Shown here: in pieces, positions 8,432 through 18,396 of the stretch
How the letters are laid out: every line of letters begins with the position of its first letter
How positions within the stretch are numbered: the first letter of the stretch is position 1
NCBI GenBank assembly: GCA_024280895.1
Contig: JAJRPI010000035.1
Coordinates: forward strand, 16,596 to 80,595
Source of the DNA: Alphaproteobacteria bacterium
Lineage (GTDB): Bacteria; Pseudomonadota; Alphaproteobacteria; Rhizobiales; JAKIUO01
Reading direction: 5' to 3'
DNA length: 64,000 nucleotides
Translations under genes and position numbers: made by a program
Notes under the pieces: model-generated
Database searches by the model: none
The model's input: the letters and a program-made list of their open reading frames with translations, nothing else
Told to the model about the DNA's origin: nothing

Positions 8432-9880
8432 ATGACCAATCTGCGTCCGGTCCTGCTTGTTATTGGGACCCTGCTTGCAACGCTTGGCTGCGCCGAAATG
8501 TTACCGGCAATTTATGACCTCTCACTTGGCAACAAAGACTGGAAGGTCTTTGCTGTTTCTTCGATGGTCACATTGTTTATCGGTATTGCAATGAACATCT
8601 CCACAAGGGGCGATAACACCGACATTTCGATCCGGCAGGCGTTCATCATGACCGCAGGTTCCTGGATCGCGCTCACAGCATTTGGCGCCATCCCCTTCAC
8701 ATTATCATCTCTGCATCTAAGTTATACCGACGCCTTTTTCGAAACCATGTCGGGCATTACCACTACGGGCTCTACAGTCATCTCGGGGCTGGACAAGGTA
8801 GCGCCAGGGATCTTGTTGTGGCGAGGCGAGTTGCAATGGCTGGGCGGACTTGGTGTTATTGTTATGGCCATCGCCGTACTGCCAATCCTCAAGGTCGGCG
8901 GCATACAATTATTCAAGGTCGAGGCGTTCGATACGTCGGGAAAGATCCTGCCGCGCGCCACGCAAATATCAGGTGCACTCACCGCTGTTTATCTGGTCCT
9001 GACATTTATATGCGCGATCAGCTACGCTATTGCCGGAATGAGCAGCTTTGATGCGATTGTTCACGCCATGACGACTGTGGCGACCGGGGGCATGTCCAAT
9101 CATGACGCATCATTGGGACATTTCGACAGTCTGAATATCGAATTAATCGCCATTTTCTTTATGATCATGGGAAGTCTTCCCTTCTTGCTCTATGTTCGTT
9201 TATTACAGGGCCACCCCATGGCGATCCTGCGCGATACACAGGTGCGAGGGTTTTTCAAAATTGCAGGAGTAGCCACCTTTCTGGCTTGGCTGGCGCAGTC
9301 AACCAGTGGGCATGAACCTGGCCTTTTGGAGTTGCGCGATGCGAGTTTCGCCGTCGTTTCCGTGATGACCGGCACCGGATACACAACGGTTGATTATAGC
9401 AAATGGAGTGTATTTGCGGTCACGTTGTTTTTCCTTGTGACCTTTATCGGTGGATGTTCGGGCTCAACTTCGTGCGGCATCAAGATCTTCCGATTTCAGA
9501 TCATCTTTATCAGCCTGCGAAACCGCGCGCGCCAATTGCTATACCCCAACGGGGTGTTTCCGCAAAAATACAATAATGACAAGCTATCGGACAGTACAAT
9601 CAACTCTGTGATGGGTTTTCTATTTTTGTTTCTCGTCAGCTTCTTTGTCATATCGGGGCTCTTGGAATTTATGGGCCTTGATCTGATCTCTGCCATGTCG
9701 GCGACCGCCACCTCCATGGCAAATGTGGGTCCCGGCCTTGGAGATGTGGTCGGGCCAGCTGGAAACTTTGCGTCACTGACCAGCCCGAGTAAATGGATCC
9801 TTTCCTATGCCATGCTGCTGGGGCGACTGGAAATTTTCACGATACTGGTATTCCTTTTGCCCTCGTTCTGGCTCGGCTGA
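8432..9880 (+). CDS. trkH: TrkH-family potassium uptake protein
   Basis: 482 aa, polytopic, with repeated selectivity-filter-like motifs (MSGITTTGST, TVATGGMSN, MTGTGYTT, MANVGPGLG). GAGGAG SD. Confidence 0.9.
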   Translation: MTNLRPVLLVIGTLLATLGCAEMLPAIYDLSLGNKDWKVFAVSSMVTLFIGIAMNISTRGDNTDISIRQAFIMTAGSWIALTAFGAIPFTLSSLHLSYTDAFFETMSGITTTGSTVISGLDKVAPGILLWRGELQWLGGLGVIVMAIAVLPILKVGGIQLFKVEAFDTSGKILPRATQISGALTAVYLVLTFICAISYAIAGMSSFDAIVHAMTTVATGGMSNHDASLGHFDSLNIELIAIFFMIMGSLPFLLYVRLLQGHPMAILRDTQVRGFFKIAGVATFLAWLAQSTSGHEPGLLELRDASFAVVSVMTGTGYTTVDYSKWSVFAVTLFFLVTFIGGCSGSTSCGIKIFRFQIIFISLRNRARQLLYPNGVFPQKYNNDKLSDSTINSVMGFLFLFLVSFFVISGLLEFMGLDLISAMSATATSMANVGPGLGDVVGPAGNFASLTSPSKWILSYAMLLGRLEIFTILVFLLPSFWLG

Positions 9881-10111
9881 TTTTTTAAAAGAGAGTTCTA
9901 TTGAAAAACGCGATGGCATGGAAATGCAGTTATAAATAACGCCTCTGTCACGCGCCTGCTCAGATGCCAGAGCACTATCGAAGAGAACCAATCGAACTGA
10001 TAGATAATTTTGATATCATCAAATGGAGACAATAAAAATCAACTGGCCCTATGTTGGCACCGCAACAATGCCGCCATACTCACCAAATAGATCTAAGTGT
10101 TTGATATTAAA

Positions 10112-10186
10112 TGGCTGGGGATCCAGGACTCGAACCTGGACCGACGGAGTCAGAGTCCGTTGTCCTACCAATTAGACTAATCCCCA
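10112..10186 (-). tRNA. tRNA-Gln (anticodon CUG)
   Basis: Minus strand reads TGGGGAT-TA-GTCT-AATTGGTA-GGAC-A-ACGGA-CTCTGAC-TCCGT-CGGT-CCAGG-TTCGAGT-CCTGG-ATCCCCA-G-CCA. Full cloverleaf, 75 nt with encoded CCA. Confidence 0.9.
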
Positions 10187-10336
10187 ATATCCGCGCAACA
10201 TTACCATTGACTTCAAGGCAGCGCGGAAAATCTGTCTAGCAGAGAAGCTGGGCGATCTCAAGGGGGCAAAGCAGATAGTTTACTCGCACCGTTTAAAAAC
10301 CTCGCACAAGTCAGATTTTCAAAGCTTTCGCCCTCT

Positions 10337-11158
10337 TTATTGCACGCCAGACAGCAATTCGGGGCGATATTCAAAGTGCATGGTATCATAGTGATACCAT
10401 TTACCTCCCCAGATAAAACCGTGATTCTCAAAGATCTTCACGATCTCCAGCGGAATTTTATTGCGCCAGCGATAGAGCCCTCCCTTGCCGGGTTTGGACC
10501 ACCGCCAATAATGGGCCTGCTTGACATTAATATCGATCGCCGCACCATAGGCATGAACACTATAGCGCTTGGTGCCAGCGATCACCCGGCAATTATAGAT
10601 CCCTGACATGGGCGACAGATATTTTTTCATGCCCGGCTGTTTGTCGATCAACAGATCGAGCTCAAGTGATATTTTTTGTAATTTGTCGGCGACCCCATTG
10701 ATTGACGTGACCTTGATTCTTTTTCCGCCATGCCTTGGCAGCCAGACAATCGTTTGCAGCTGGTCTCGCACCTGGCGCTTGCGGCAATCCCCGTACATCT
10801 TATTGAAAAACGGCTGATAGCGCACCCGCCCCGGGTCCTGATTTTTCGCGGGAGACAAACCTTTATCGCCTTTATGATAGGGAGCGAAAAACTGGTCTTG
10901 CAGATCAGGATCTTTCAACTTGCGCTCAAAACTTTTGCCAGACTTTCCATCGTCAAAAGCCATCGTGCTGCCGTCTTGCCAGATCACACGGGCACCATCA
11001 TGGCCACGCAAAAAATCTGGATAGGCCGCCACCAGCCGATCCAGCAAAGCGGCATGTTTGCTATTGGGGGTGGAAGATTGTTTGGAATTTTCAGACGCCT
11101 TGAGAGGCAAGCAAACGATCACAAAGGAACAGACCAGACACACAAAACGCCAACTCAT
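10337..11158 (-). CDS. secreted M15-family metallopeptidase (D-Ala-D-Ala carboxypeptidase-like)
   Basis: Signal peptide from the internal ATG (MSWRFVCLVCSFVIVCLPLKA) with AGGGGA SD. Zinc ligand motifs SVHAYGAAID and DTMHFE. Confidence 0.75.
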   Translation of the reverse strand: MSWRFVCLVCSFVIVCLPLKASENSKQSSTPNSKHAALLDRLVAAYPDFLRGHDGARVIWQDGSTMAFDDGKSGKSFERKLKDPDLQDQFFAPYHKGDKGLSPAKNQDPGRVRYQPFFNKMYGDCRKRQVRDQLQTIVWLPRHGGKRIKVTSINGVADKLQKISLELDLLIDKQPGMKKYLSPMSGIYNCRVIAGTKRYSVHAYGAAIDINVKQAHYWRWSKPGKGGLYRWRNKIPLEIVKIFENHGFIWGGKWYHYDTMHFEYRPELLSGVQ

Positions 11159-11192
11159 GGCTTGTTTCCCCTTCAATCCTTCGAACGTTTCA

Positions 11193-12125
11193 TCACTTGA
11201 CAAGCTGACTCTGCACGGAAGCGCACAATACAATCAAGCGCCAATGTGGTACAGCCCCTATCAACATATAGCTGCGCTTGCCCTGACGCCAGCGGACATA
11301 ATTTTCATCTCCGCGATACCCACGCTCCAGTGTCAAGGAACCACCGCTTTGATTGCCCACATACAGTCCCACCGGCACCGCGCCATTATTCTTGTCGCGA
11401 TAGGCCAGCCTCGCATATTTCTGTCCCTTGATCTGCACGGGCGACGCCCCAACAAAAATCAACCCATCGTCGCGCAATATCGGGATGAGGGTTGGGGCGA
11501 TCTGTGTATTGGTAAACTGAAACAGGGCCAGTTCGTAGTTGCGACTTTTACCAGTATATTGATCAAGCAGACGCGCCGCATCCTTTTTATGACGAGCGGC
11601 AACAGATTCGTACCATTTGTCGGGCGACCCAGCCTGTGGGCGGCTCGTCGCCGCTGTCGTTTTAGGCGCCTTCAAATTATTCATCAGGGCTTTAGAGCGC
11701 ACCTGTTCAGTGCTCAATCGTTCATTATTCCAAAAGCTGTTCACAAAAGGATCGGCGCCCGGCCCACCGCTACCAGCTGAATTACTGGCCAAATACCCCC
11801 CGACTGCCCCAAGCGATACAAGCACCACGCCAGCAGCCATTGCTGGCATCAGTATATTTTGTTTGGGAATTTGACGAGGAGCTGCAACCAGTTTTTCTGC
11901 TTGAACGGGGATATTTGAGGCGCGATCAATCGCCACCTGCTTTGCTTCCGCCTGTAGCATCGAAGAAAAGGCCTTGGACAATCGCTGGCTGGTTGATTGC
12001 AAACGCTGGAATTGCGCGTAGGTGACACGATCAGCAGCAAACACCTCATCGACCACCCGGGTTTGCGCCTCGCCAAGCTCACCATCACCATATGCTATAA
12101 GGATTTCATCGCTAAGCTGCGTCAT
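11193..12125 (-). CDS. anti-sigma factor (single TM, periplasmic C-terminal domain)
   Basis: The N-terminus MTQLSDEILIAYGDGELGEAQTRVVDEV.AAD is the typical anti-sigma N-domain pattern. Central TM (MPAMAAGVVLVSLGAVGGYL). 14-nt overlap with the upstream sigma-like gene. Confidence 0.6.
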   Translation of the reverse strand: MTQLSDEILIAYGDGELGEAQTRVVDEVFAADRVTYAQFQRLQSTSQRLSKAFSSMLQAEAKQVAIDRASNIPVQAEKLVAAPRQIPKQNILMPAMAAGVVLVSLGAVGGYLASNSAGSGGPGADPFVNSFWNNERLSTEQVRSKALMNNLKAPKTTAATSRPQAGSPDKWYESVAARHKKDAARLLDQYTGKSRNYELALFQFTNTQIAPTLIPILRDDGLIFVGASPVQIKGQKYARLAYRDKNNGAVPVGLYVGNQSGGSLTLERGYRGDENYVRWRQGKRSYMLIGAVPHWRLIVLCASVQSQLVK

Positions 12126-12690
12126 GCGCTGTCCCCTCAACTGGTCCAGCCATTGATGTGGCTCGTATAACGGGTTGCGGGGGGTCTTCGGCACTAAATT
12201 GCTGCTGTGCTGCTGCCAATGCTCCCATCAATTCCTCAATGGAAATATCCAAAAGCAGGGCCGTGGCGGCATAAGAAAAGTTCTCGCCATAGATAAGCAG
12301 TAACAAAGCCCGATGCAGGGTTGGCAATTCACCCATAATTTTCGCAAGAGACGGATCAAGCCCTTTTTGGATAGCTTCATTTTCGTTCCCGGAGAGAAAT
12401 ATATGCGCACTTTGCGAAAGATCTTTGGCGTCTTTGACCTCATTGATCCACAGTTCATAGAGCTTTTTTAACTGATAATATTCAAATGCCGAGGACGAAA
12501 GGTCGAGATTTGACGAGCGGTCTCCCATTAATGACAAGCGCTCGACAAGCATATTGGCCGCGCGGTCATCACCAGACAAGATAAGTGCAAAGCGTTTTTG
12601 GCGCAGCCAGTTTTCACACTGCTCCCCCTCGCCTCGATCAAGACCTTGTTCGCGTTGCTGCATTGCAAAAGATACCTCTAAAACACACAT
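12112..12690 (-). CDS. sigma-factor-like protein with a recognisable sigma-4 HTH only
   Basis: The C-terminus LPTLHRALLLLIYGENFSYAATALLLDISIEELMGALAAA fits ECF region 4. I could not recognise a canonical region 2. Start uncertain (12717 TTG, 12690 or 12663 ATG). Confidence 0.5.
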   Translation of the reverse strand: MCVLEVSFAMQQREQGLDRGEGEQCENWLRQKRFALILSGDDRAANMLVERLSLMGDRSSNLDLSSSAFEYYQLKKLYELWINEVKDAKDLSQSAHIFLSGNENEAIQKGLDPSLAKIMGELPTLHRALLLLIYGENFSYAATALLLDISIEELMGALAAAQQQFSAEDPPQPVIRATSMAGPVEGTAHDAA

Positions 12691-12996
12691 CAGCTCCCGC
12701 TTGCTTATTTGAAGCAAGGAGAATCATCTCAAGGCTCATATTATACACTATCCACGCATCGCCAAACCAGTCATGTCAGTGCCATAAAAAAAGGAAACGG
12801 AACTGATGGCTAGAAACACCACACGAACACATAAACCGCGACATCTAACTTGACCAAAAACGAGTGCGACAATTGTAACTTACACCCTCCTAAAAAATGC
12901 TTTAAGATCGATAAGCATCATCTGTTTAATTTTAATTGCGCCCGTTTACCGTCTATTTAGACTCTGGATTGCATACAAAGGTTCGCGTCATTTCCA

Positions 12997-14013
12997 ATGG
13001 GAACATTAAAAAAAATAACCTCCCGCCTTACTTCAGGGAAAACAGATCGCATGCGACCGAGCCAGGACTTAGTCCCGACAACCGCAAAACAGCCATCTTC
13101 CGGCTTAATGAGACGCCTACGCGACCTCGGTTTGAAACGTGGCGCTGTATCTTTATTCTTTCGCCGGATCCTCAAAAAACAATCGACACGCTCGATCATC
13201 GAAATGGGCCGTACCAGCATAAGCAAAAGCCGGTCAGGCATTTCCAAGGCCACCGAAGTCACCGGACAGGAACTATCGAGCCGCGCCAAGCAGACGGCCC
13301 GATCCATCAAGCACCATTCCAAGCCCGAAAATCTCAACAAGGATTATCGTAAACTCCTGCATCTGACACAGGAAATGGGCTATGATCGAGCCATCGAAAA
13401 ACTGTTTTTCGTGCCTGCCAAGGGATTTGTCCCGCTGGATGAGTTGACGATTGACAGCCCGAATAGGCAATTTGGTCATAACTATCACCCCATACACCGC
13501 CTGAGCTTCAATTGGGCGATGGCACAAATTCCAGATCAGTTAAGAGATTTTACCTTTGTCGATTATGGCGCTGGCCGTGGTCGCGCTCTGATATTGGCCG
13601 CTCTGCACCCATTTCGTAAAATCATCGGCGTCGAGTTTGCCAAGGAGCTACATGACGATGCCAATATGAACATCGCCCAGTTTCCGCGCAGCTTGATGAA
13701 ATGCCGCGATGTCGATTGCCTCTTAATGGATGCCGTCGATTTCCCCATTCCCGAGTCCAAAGGCGTCTTTTTATTCAATGACAGCTTTGACCGCGAAGTA
13801 CTGGAGACGGTGCTGGCGCGCATCAGCTCTTCTTATCGCACTAATCCACGCCGCATGTATCTGATTTTTGTCCGGCCTTTAAACGCAGCTGTGCTCGATA
13901 GCCTGATGGAGCGCACCGTCATTTTCGAACCGATCTATCATTCCCAATCGGAAAAAATACGCATGCAAATCCTCAGCCCAGACCAGGTGCAGATTTTCAG
14001 AACGCTTATTTAG
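12997..14013 (+). CDS. class I SAM-dependent methyltransferase with a long basic/Ser-rich N-terminal region
   Basis: Motif I FVDYGAGRGRALILAA followed by IGVEF. The N-terminal ~125 aa is low complexity, so the true start may be further downstream. Confidence 0.6.
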   Translation: MGTLKKITSRLTSGKTDRMRPSQDLVPTTAKQPSSGLMRRLRDLGLKRGAVSLFFRRILKKQSTRSIIEMGRTSISKSRSGISKATEVTGQELSSRAKQTARSIKHHSKPENLNKDYRKLLHLTQEMGYDRAIEKLFFVPAKGFVPLDELTIDSPNRQFGHNYHPIHRLSFNWAMAQIPDQLRDFTFVDYGAGRGRALILAALHPFRKIIGVEFAKELHDDANMNIAQFPRSLMKCRDVDCLLMDAVDFPIPESKGVFLFNDSFDREVLETVLARISSSYRTNPRRMYLIFVRPLNAAVLDSLMERTVIFEPIYHSQSEKIRMQILSPDQVQIFRTLI

Positions 14014-14014
14014 A

Positions 14015-14225
14015 TCTCTCGGCTAATCGCGCGTTGCGCGGCCTCCGATGGGGCGCGCAACAGCGCGGCGGCCAGTCAGCCTTGCCGATGGGTACATCGG
14101 GGTTTTTAATATCTTGAAGCCTTGCATGGAAAAAGAATTCCGACACTCGGGAGGCAAGCGTGACTACGCGCCGCGCTTTGCGCGCTCATCGAAGGCCGCG
14201 CGTTAGCGCGAATAGCCGCGAGATA
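14015..14225. repeat. ~210-bp multi-layer imperfect palindrome (MITE-like) between convergent genes
   Basis: Outer arms 14015-14051 and 14188-14225 (~31 of 38 matched). The second layer is ggcgcgcaacagcgcggcg/cgccgcgctttgcgcgc and the third is gtcagccttgcc/ggcaagcgtgac. No ORF. Confidence 0.7.
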
Positions 14226-14244
14226 GATTAAGCCACAAGTAAAA

Positions 14245-14667
14245 TCAGATCCTTACCACAAACACCGAACAGGTAGCGTGGCGGACGATTTTGGAGGCGG
14301 TACTGCCAAGCAGATAATCGCTTGCAGTTTGGGGCGCGTGCGAGCCGACAACAATAACATTCGCTTCTATCTTTTGAGCAAGCTTTATGACTTCATCATA
14401 AGGTGAACCGTGCTTGATGACGAGTTCATAGTGATCTTTGGGCAGCCCTTTTTCTTCCAGCCTCGCTTCAAGGGCTGTTCTGGTCTCGGCCATTGCTTTT
14501 TCTTGATAGTCGTTGGTCATGAAACTGTCGACAATCGCTGGAATGGCAGGCAAAACTGTCATCAAGATCAAATCGGCCCCTCTACGTTCCGCCATTTCGC
14601 GGGCAGTATCCAGCACCTTGGCGCCTGCGTGAGAAAGATCGAGGGGGACGAGAATTTTTTCGCTCAT
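14245..14667 (-). CDS. universal stress protein (UspA family)
   Basis: 140 aa, ILVPLDLS...VVGSH.......LGSTASKIVRHA.CSV.VVR. GGAGAG SD. Confidence 0.85.
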   Translation of the reverse strand: MSEKILVPLDLSHAGAKVLDTAREMAERRGADLILMTVLPAIPAIVDSFMTNDYQEKAMAETRTALEARLEEKGLPKDHYELVIKHGSPYDEVIKLAQKIEANVIVVGSHAPQTASDYLLGSTASKIVRHATCSVFVVRI

Positions 14668-14785
14668 TATACTCTCCGATATTCTTTTGTTTCGACTAAC
14701 AGACAGATAGGATAACCTATTGGTGATTACCAGTATAAACCGGCATGATCCAAAACTAATTGATGCAGGTCACGAGGCGCAACCA

Positions 14786-15982
14786 ATGAACAAGAATAAA
14801 ACCGGCCTATACTCCCCGCTCACCATGCTCATATTGTTGGCTGTTGCCATGCAATTATCCCACCAGACATGGCACACACTGGTCAATAATTTCACTGTTT
14901 CGGAACTGGGTTTCTCGGGCCGCGAGATCGGCATTGTCGGCTCGGTGCGCGAAATTCCAGGATTCCTGGCCTTTGGAGCCATCTTGCTAGTCCTGTTCAT
15001 GCGCGAACAATATCTGGCTTATGTCTCTTTGCTGGTGCTTGCTGCTGGCACGGCGATGACGGGCCTGTTCCCCAGCGAATATGGATTTTATATCACAACC
15101 ATCATCATGTCGCTAGGCTTTCACTATTTCGAGACCATGAATCAATCGCTTTCCTTGCAATGGCTGCCAAAGGATGAGGCCGCCTATGGACTTGGCAAGA
15201 TTGTTGCCGCGGGCTCGTTCGCGTCACTGGCCGCCTATGGGCTAATCTATCTGACCTGGAGTTTGCTGGGTCTTCCTTACTGGCAGATATATCTGATCGC
15301 TGGTGTACTGACCGCCGCGCTACTGGTCTTCGTCATGATACGGTTTCCCCTGTTTCCCCAGCATGTCGAACAACATAAAAAACTGCTCATGCGCCAGCGC
15401 TACTGGCTCTACTATGCCTTGACCTTTATGGGCGGCGCACGACGTCAGATCTTTATCGTCTTTGCCGGTTTCATGATGGTGGAAAAATTTGGCTATTCGG
15501 TTGGAGCCATCACCACCCTGTTTTTGATCAATCACCTGTTCAATATGTTTTTCGCCCCCAAAATAGGCAAGCTGATCAGACATATTGGCGAGCGCTCGGC
15601 TCTCACTCTCGAATATATCGGCCTGATCGTCATATTCTCCACCTATGCCTTTGTCGAGAATGCCACTCTTGCGGCCGTGCTATATGTAGCGGATCACGGT
15701 TTTTTCGCCATGGCGATCGCTATCAAAACCTATTTTCAGAAAATCGCCGATCCAAAGGACATTGCTCCAACTGCTGGCGTCGCGTTCTCGATCAACCATA
15801 TCGCGGCGGTCTCTCTGCCGGTGATGCTCGGCTATGTCTGGCTACAAAACCCCTCGGCAGTATTCCTGATCGGCGCAGCTATGGCCTTCATTTCTCTATT
15901 ACTGGCCCGCCTTGTGCCCCGTCACCCGGAACCAGGTTTTGAGCATATTGGCCTTGCCCCAAAAGCCAAACCGGCTGAGTAA
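14786..15982 (+). CDS. MFS transporter
   Basis: About 12 predicted TM segments. The internal ATG at 14786 with a GAGG SD is preferred over the track start. Confidence 0.75.
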   Translation: MNKNKTGLYSPLTMLILLAVAMQLSHQTWHTLVNNFTVSELGFSGREIGIVGSVREIPGFLAFGAILLVLFMREQYLAYVSLLVLAAGTAMTGLFPSEYGFYITTIIMSLGFHYFETMNQSLSLQWLPKDEAAYGLGKIVAAGSFASLAAYGLIYLTWSLLGLPYWQIYLIAGVLTAALLVFVMIRFPLFPQHVEQHKKLLMRQRYWLYYALTFMGGARRQIFIVFAGFMMVEKFGYSVGAITTLFLINHLFNMFFAPKIGKLIRHIGERSALTLEYIGLIVIFSTYAFVENATLAAVLYVADHGFFAMAIAIKTYFQKIADPKDIAPTAGVAFSINHIAAVSLPVMLGYVWLQNPSAVFLIGAAMAFISLLLARLVPRHPEPGFEHIGLAPKAKPAE

Positions 15983-15990
15983 GCCAAGAT

Positions 15991-16650
15991 TTATCGTGGC
16001 TTGGCAATGCCGCGATAGTTGAAGCCAAGCAATCCAGGCACACCGCGCATACGCTTTTTCTCGATTTCCGCGATGTCGAACCCCTCGTCCAGCAACAAGG
16101 TCTCGACATTACGGTTGAGATGACAACCACCAGCCACCTTCCCCCATAGGGAGTTAAGACGATTTTGCCACTTGGCAGTACTCGATTTGTCACTGAGACC
16201 ATGCTCGCTAAACAGTAATTGGCCGCCGGGCTTTAAAACGCGCCGCGCTTCTCTAACCGCACTGGCATTATCAGGGATCGTGCAAAAACTATAAGTGACC
16301 AGCACCGTATCGACGCTTTGGTCTTCAAGCGGGGTGTTTTCAGCCCCCACGATATGCAGATCCACGTCGAACGGCATTGTTTTGGCGGTCACATGTGCCT
16401 TGTTCATGAGTGCCTTGCTGGGATCAATACCAATCAGCTTTTTGACCTTGTTGGCATCGTAAAACGGCATATTGAGACCTGACCCCATGCCAAACTCAAC
16501 AACCACACCCTCCGCCAGCGGCACGATTTTTTGCCTCTGCTCCGAAATCGGCGGTAAGGAACAGGCTCCATGCACGAGCCATGGAGAGACAAAACGATCG
16601 AAAACGCCTTCTTTGCGTGCTTGCTGCGCACCACAGACATGAACACTCAT
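15991..16650 (-). CDS. class I SAM-dependent methyltransferase (Methyltransf_11-like)
   Basis: VVEFGMGSGLN motif I, and LKPGGQLLFSEHG. ATG at 16650 with AAGGAG SD. Confidence 0.8.
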   Translation of the reverse strand: MSVHVCGAQQARKEGVFDRFVSPWLVHGACSLPPISEQRQKIVPLAEGVVVEFGMGSGLNMPFYDANKVKKLIGIDPSKALMNKAHVTAKTMPFDVDLHIVGAENTPLEDQSVDTVLVTYSFCTIPDNASAVREARRVLKPGGQLLFSEHGLSDKSSTAKWQNRLNSLWGKVAGGCHLNRNVETLLLDEGFDIAEIEKKRMRGVPGLLGFNYRGIAKPR

Positions 16651-16745
16651 TCTCGCTCCTTGCAGATAATCGTTATCGTGACCTGTTTTGACAGACGTTT
16701 TGCTCCCAGTATAATCACAATTTCGCGAATTCAATATGAGGAACG

Positions 16746-17036
16746 ATGATGGATGTTTTCGACTTGCCGGACGATCATTGGTTGCGGGTTGCTCACAAAA
16801 AGTCGATCCGTCATAGACTCGAAGTCGAAAACAGTGAAAAATGTGGCTGTTTTCACTGCTTAAAATCCTTCACTCCCGCCCGCATCAACGATTGGACTGA
16901 TGGTCCAGAAATCGAAAAACAGACCGCTCTGTGCCCATTTTGCGGCATCGATAGCGTCGTTGGTGACGCCTCGGACTACGCGATCACCGTCGATTTTCTC
17001 GCCCAAATGCAAGAAGCCTGGTTTGGGTTGCCCTGA
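16746..17036 (+). CDS. small Cys-rich (CxxC...CxxC) putative zinc-binding cytoplasmic protein
   Basis: 96 aa containing CGCFHC...CPFCGIDSVVG. Family recognised only as a conserved hypothetical. Confidence 0.5.
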   Translation: MMDVFDLPDDHWLRVAHKKSIRHRLEVENSEKCGCFHCLKSFTPARINDWTDGPEIEKQTALCPFCGIDSVVGDASDYAITVDFLAQMQEAWFGLP

Positions 17037-17217
17037 AGACTGAACCACATTTTTTTTCGATCAACTCTCGATCACAGATATATGAACTCATATGATATGA
17101 CTGCGCTCCCCCTTTCTCCTAAAATATCGATGTAACTCGTCTGTTCCATATCAGACCTGTCAACAATTGCGGGCTTGTCCCGTCTAAAAATCTTAAACAG
17201 GAGCGAAACTAACTATC

Positions 17218-17757
17218 ATGAAAAAAATAAACCGGCTTGCATTAGCAGCGATGGCTGCCCTCTTTTCGTTTACAGTTGCGGCATCGGCCGCACCGTTTGG
17301 CAATAAAGACGATATATCCTTTGCCAAAAGCCTTTGGACCGCTCTTGAAAAAGCAGAATTTGTTGGTCCCAACCGCATTAATGTGCGCCCGTTTGAAGGT
17401 AATGAGCCTCATGGTGCCATTCAGCAAGTGCTTGGTAAAACAATCACCGTTGACGGCAAAACCGGCAAAGTCCTCGTCAAAGCCAATCACGGTGGCAAAG
17501 GCGCCTCGGTCGCCACGGTCTATGACAATCCCAACAAGTTCCTGGGTGCCTATACCGTGATGTTCAAACGCGAAGCTGGCTATGACACCAAAAACAAAGA
17601 CTGGTTCTGGGCAAAATATAATAAAGCCGGTGCACTTATGACCAACCCTAAAAAGATGCAGCTGGCTGGCCGTGTTGCCAAGGGCGCTCAAAAGGGCTGC
17701 ATCTTCTGCCATACTGCAGCAGGCGGCGAAGACCTTGAAACTCTGACGGAAAAGTAG
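17218..17757 (+). CDS. periplasmic c-type heme protein, cytochrome P460-like
   Basis: Signal peptide, DWFWAKY motif and a C-terminal CIFCH (CxxCH) heme site; the size and layout resemble the P460 family. Confidence 0.55.
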   Translation: MKKINRLALAAMAALFSFTVAASAAPFGNKDDISFAKSLWTALEKAEFVGPNRINVRPFEGNEPHGAIQQVLGKTITVDGKTGKVLVKANHGGKGASVATVYDNPNKFLGAYTVMFKREAGYDTKNKDWFWAKYNKAGALMTNPKKMQLAGRVAKGAQKGCIFCHTAAGGEDLETLTEK

Positions 17758-17785
17758 ACCCTCTCTACCGATCCCTCCCAGGGTG

Positions 17786-17845
17786 CAATCTCGCTCTTTC
17801 CCGCTTTCTTCTCCGTGGGACCTTGAAGAGCGAGATTGTTTTCTG
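17786..17845 (+). terminator. candidate terminator hairpin after the P460-like gene
   Basis: caatctcgctctt (17786-17798) pairs with aagagcgagattg (17826-17838), followed by ttttct. The loop is unusually long (~27 nt). Confidence 0.4.
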
Positions 17846-17907
17846 GCGTTTACAGCCAGACTAACGATTGAGATACCGTAGATGACGAGCGGCTCAGATG
17901 TGCGTGA

Positions 17908-18228
17908 TCAATGCTGGCGCTCAGGAACGCGCACTGTCATACCATCCATCTCATCAGTAATATTTATCTGACATGACAGCCGGCTATTATCCTGAACGTC
18001 AACGGCGAAATCCAGCATATCTTCTTCCATATCAGTGGCTTTGCCGGTTTTTTCTCGCCATTCTTCATCGACATAAACATGGCAGGTTGCGCAAGAGCAG
18101 GCGCCCGTGCACTCTGCAACGATCCCAGGCACTAAATGTTTGATGGCAACTTCCATCAATGTCTGGCCCGTTTGCGCTTCAACGGTGTGTTTTTTCCCTG
18201 TGGGATCAATATAGTTGATAATTGGCAT
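17908..18228 (-). CDS. 2Fe-2S ferredoxin (adrenodoxin/putidaredoxin type)
   Basis: From the internal ATG with AAGGA SD: MPIINYIDPTGKKHTVEA...ECTGACSCATCHVYV...SRLSCQI. Canonical C-x5-C-x2-C...C ligand pattern. Confidence 0.85.
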   Translation of the reverse strand: MPIINYIDPTGKKHTVEAQTGQTLMEVAIKHLVPGIVAECTGACSCATCHVYVDEEWREKTGKATDMEEDMLDFAVDVQDNSRLSCQINITDEMDGMTVRVPERQH

Positions 18229-18396
18229 TGTGATCCTTTGGCAGATAACTCGGTCATATCTTTGAAAGACAAGACAATTGGTTTGAGATACAGGCATCTG
18301 GATCAACCCAGGACCTGTTGAAGTACACGGTCATAGGCTAAAACTGTTTTTAAGTCCATGATCTGTGGCAAGGACATATATCTGTTGGATGAGCAC

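Noticed and set aside
9881-10336. Integration hotspot or phage att site next to tRNA-Gln
   Set aside because: No integrase, no direct repeat of the tRNA 3-prime end and no compositional break are visible. Only a small tttgat-atc-atcaaa inverted repeat is present.
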